A stretch of 24,720 bases of DNA, from positions 1-24,720 of the IMG/VR virus record IMGVR_UViG_3300025124_000038, one strand, 5' to 3'. The first letter of the stretch is position 1. Each line of letters opens with the position of its first letter. The notes beneath the pieces are model-generated. The model did not search any database. It was not told the DNA's origin and was given only the letters and a program-made list of their open reading frames with translations. The position numbers and the translations under genes are program-made. Of this stretch, positions 23,812 through 24,720 are shown one piece after another. This DNA comes from a virus. Its lineage: Duplodnaviria > Caudoviricetes.

Positions 23812-24720
23812 ATGAAGTTAGCAGTTGTCGGGAAACTGATTTCAATCGAAGACATTGCAGGCGCCGACCGCATCAAGAAAGCCACGGTTGTCTGCGGCAG
23901 CTCTGGCAAGTGGACGGGGGTGGTCGGCCTGGACCATCAGGTGGATGAACTCGTTACCGTCTTTTTGCAAGACGCCATCCTGCCGCCAGACCCGCGCTGG
24001 GCCTTCATGGAAAAACACCAATGGCGCGTGCGCATGAGCCGCTTCAAGGGCTGCCCGTCCGAATGCGTCATCATCCAGGGCGCCCCTGATCTGCCGGTGG
24101 GCACCGACCTCACCGAAGCGCTGGGCGTCACCAAGCACCACAAACCCCTGCCAGCGAGCATGTCGGGCGAAGCCATTGGCTCGTTCCCGTCCTTCATCCC
24201 CAAGACCGACGAGCCCAACTTCCAGACCGTGCCTGAGCTCGTTGAGCGCATGGCCACCGAGCCCTGGGTGGCCACTCTCAAGTGCGACGGCACCAGTTGC
24301 ACCGCCTGGAACGACGACGACGGCCTGCATGTGGCCAGCCGCAACCTGGAGTTGCGCGAGTTCACCAAGACGGGCGCCGGAAACAGCTACTGGCGTGCGG
24401 CCCGCAAGTACGACATGAGCAAGATTCCAAAAGGCTGCGCGCTGCAGTTCGAGGTGGTCGGTCCCGGCATCCAGGGCAACCCCATGGGTCTGGCTGATAT
24501 TGAGGGCCGGGCCTTTACGCTGTATGACTACAAAACCCATGAGCGCATGGGGGTTGACCAGCTCGACCACATCTGCGTCAACCTGATCGGGATTCCCATT
24601 GCCGATCGCGTTGCCATGGGTGGTGGTGTTGCGCACACCGCTAACACGCTACGCAAGATGGCCGAGATCAAGTACCCCAACGGTAAACACGGTGAGGGCA
24701 TTGTCATTCGAGATGTTGAA
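23812..24720 (+). CDS. ATP-dependent RNA ligase, DRB0094/Rnl5-like (partial, runs off the right edge)
   Basis: Not in the track. AAAGGA RBS; MKLAVVGKLISIEDIAGADRI N-terminal module; FPSFIPKTDE, motif I KCDGTS, SRN, FEVVGPGIQGN and EGIVIR. Confidence 0.88.
   Translation, partial: MKLAVVGKLISIEDIAGADRIKKATVVCGSSGKWTGVVGLDHQVDELVTVFLQDAILPPDPRWAFMEKHQWRVRMSRFKGCPSECVIIQGAPDLPVGTDLTEALGVTKHHKPLPASMSGEAIGSFPSFIPKTDEPNFQTVPELVERMATEPWVATLKCDGTSCTAWNDDDGLHVASRNLELREFTKTGAGNSYWRAARKYDMSKIPKGCALQFEVVGPGIQGNPMGLADIEGRAFTLYDYKTHERMGVDQLDHICVNLIGIPIADRVAMGGGVAHTANTLRKMAEIKYPNGKHGEGIVIRDVE

Noticed and set aside
23842-24636. 264-aa minus-strand ORF
   Set aside because: Antisense shadow of the RNA ligase, whose + frame carries all the catalytic motifs.

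Overview
The whole window is part of a temperate tailed-phage genome or prophage; no host genes, integrase, att site, tRNA or CRISPR array are visible. Left arm, minus strand (1-10399): a late operon read from a RusA-like resolvase and a Q-like antiterminator through small and large terminase, portal, scaffold, an N4-gp56-type major capsid protein and head-completion proteins. Centre (10400-11758): a ~1.35 kb, mostly non-coding, hairpin-rich control region with two sigma70-like promoters and a c4/CI-type antisense-RNA-like cloverleaf that has a perfect 13-nt upstream complement. Plus strand (11759-18053): an early accessory operon of small genes with a repeated leader (TTAAC[CT]AGGAGAAAACCATG), including ArdA antirestriction protein and an intact-looking HDAC-family deacetylase; it converges on a CI-like repressor. 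After cI/cro come a ParB-like protein, an SF2 helicase, a C5 DNA methyltransferase with a second long ORF nested in another frame, a PriCT-2/TOPRIM primase and an RNA ligase cut by the window edge. The most striking unexplained signals are a 25-26 bp palindrome in three dispersed copies (one inside the ParB-like gene), the structured RNA region, the dual-frame methyltransferase and the phage HDAC. All protein calls come from motif recognition and synteny by eye; no database searches were run.
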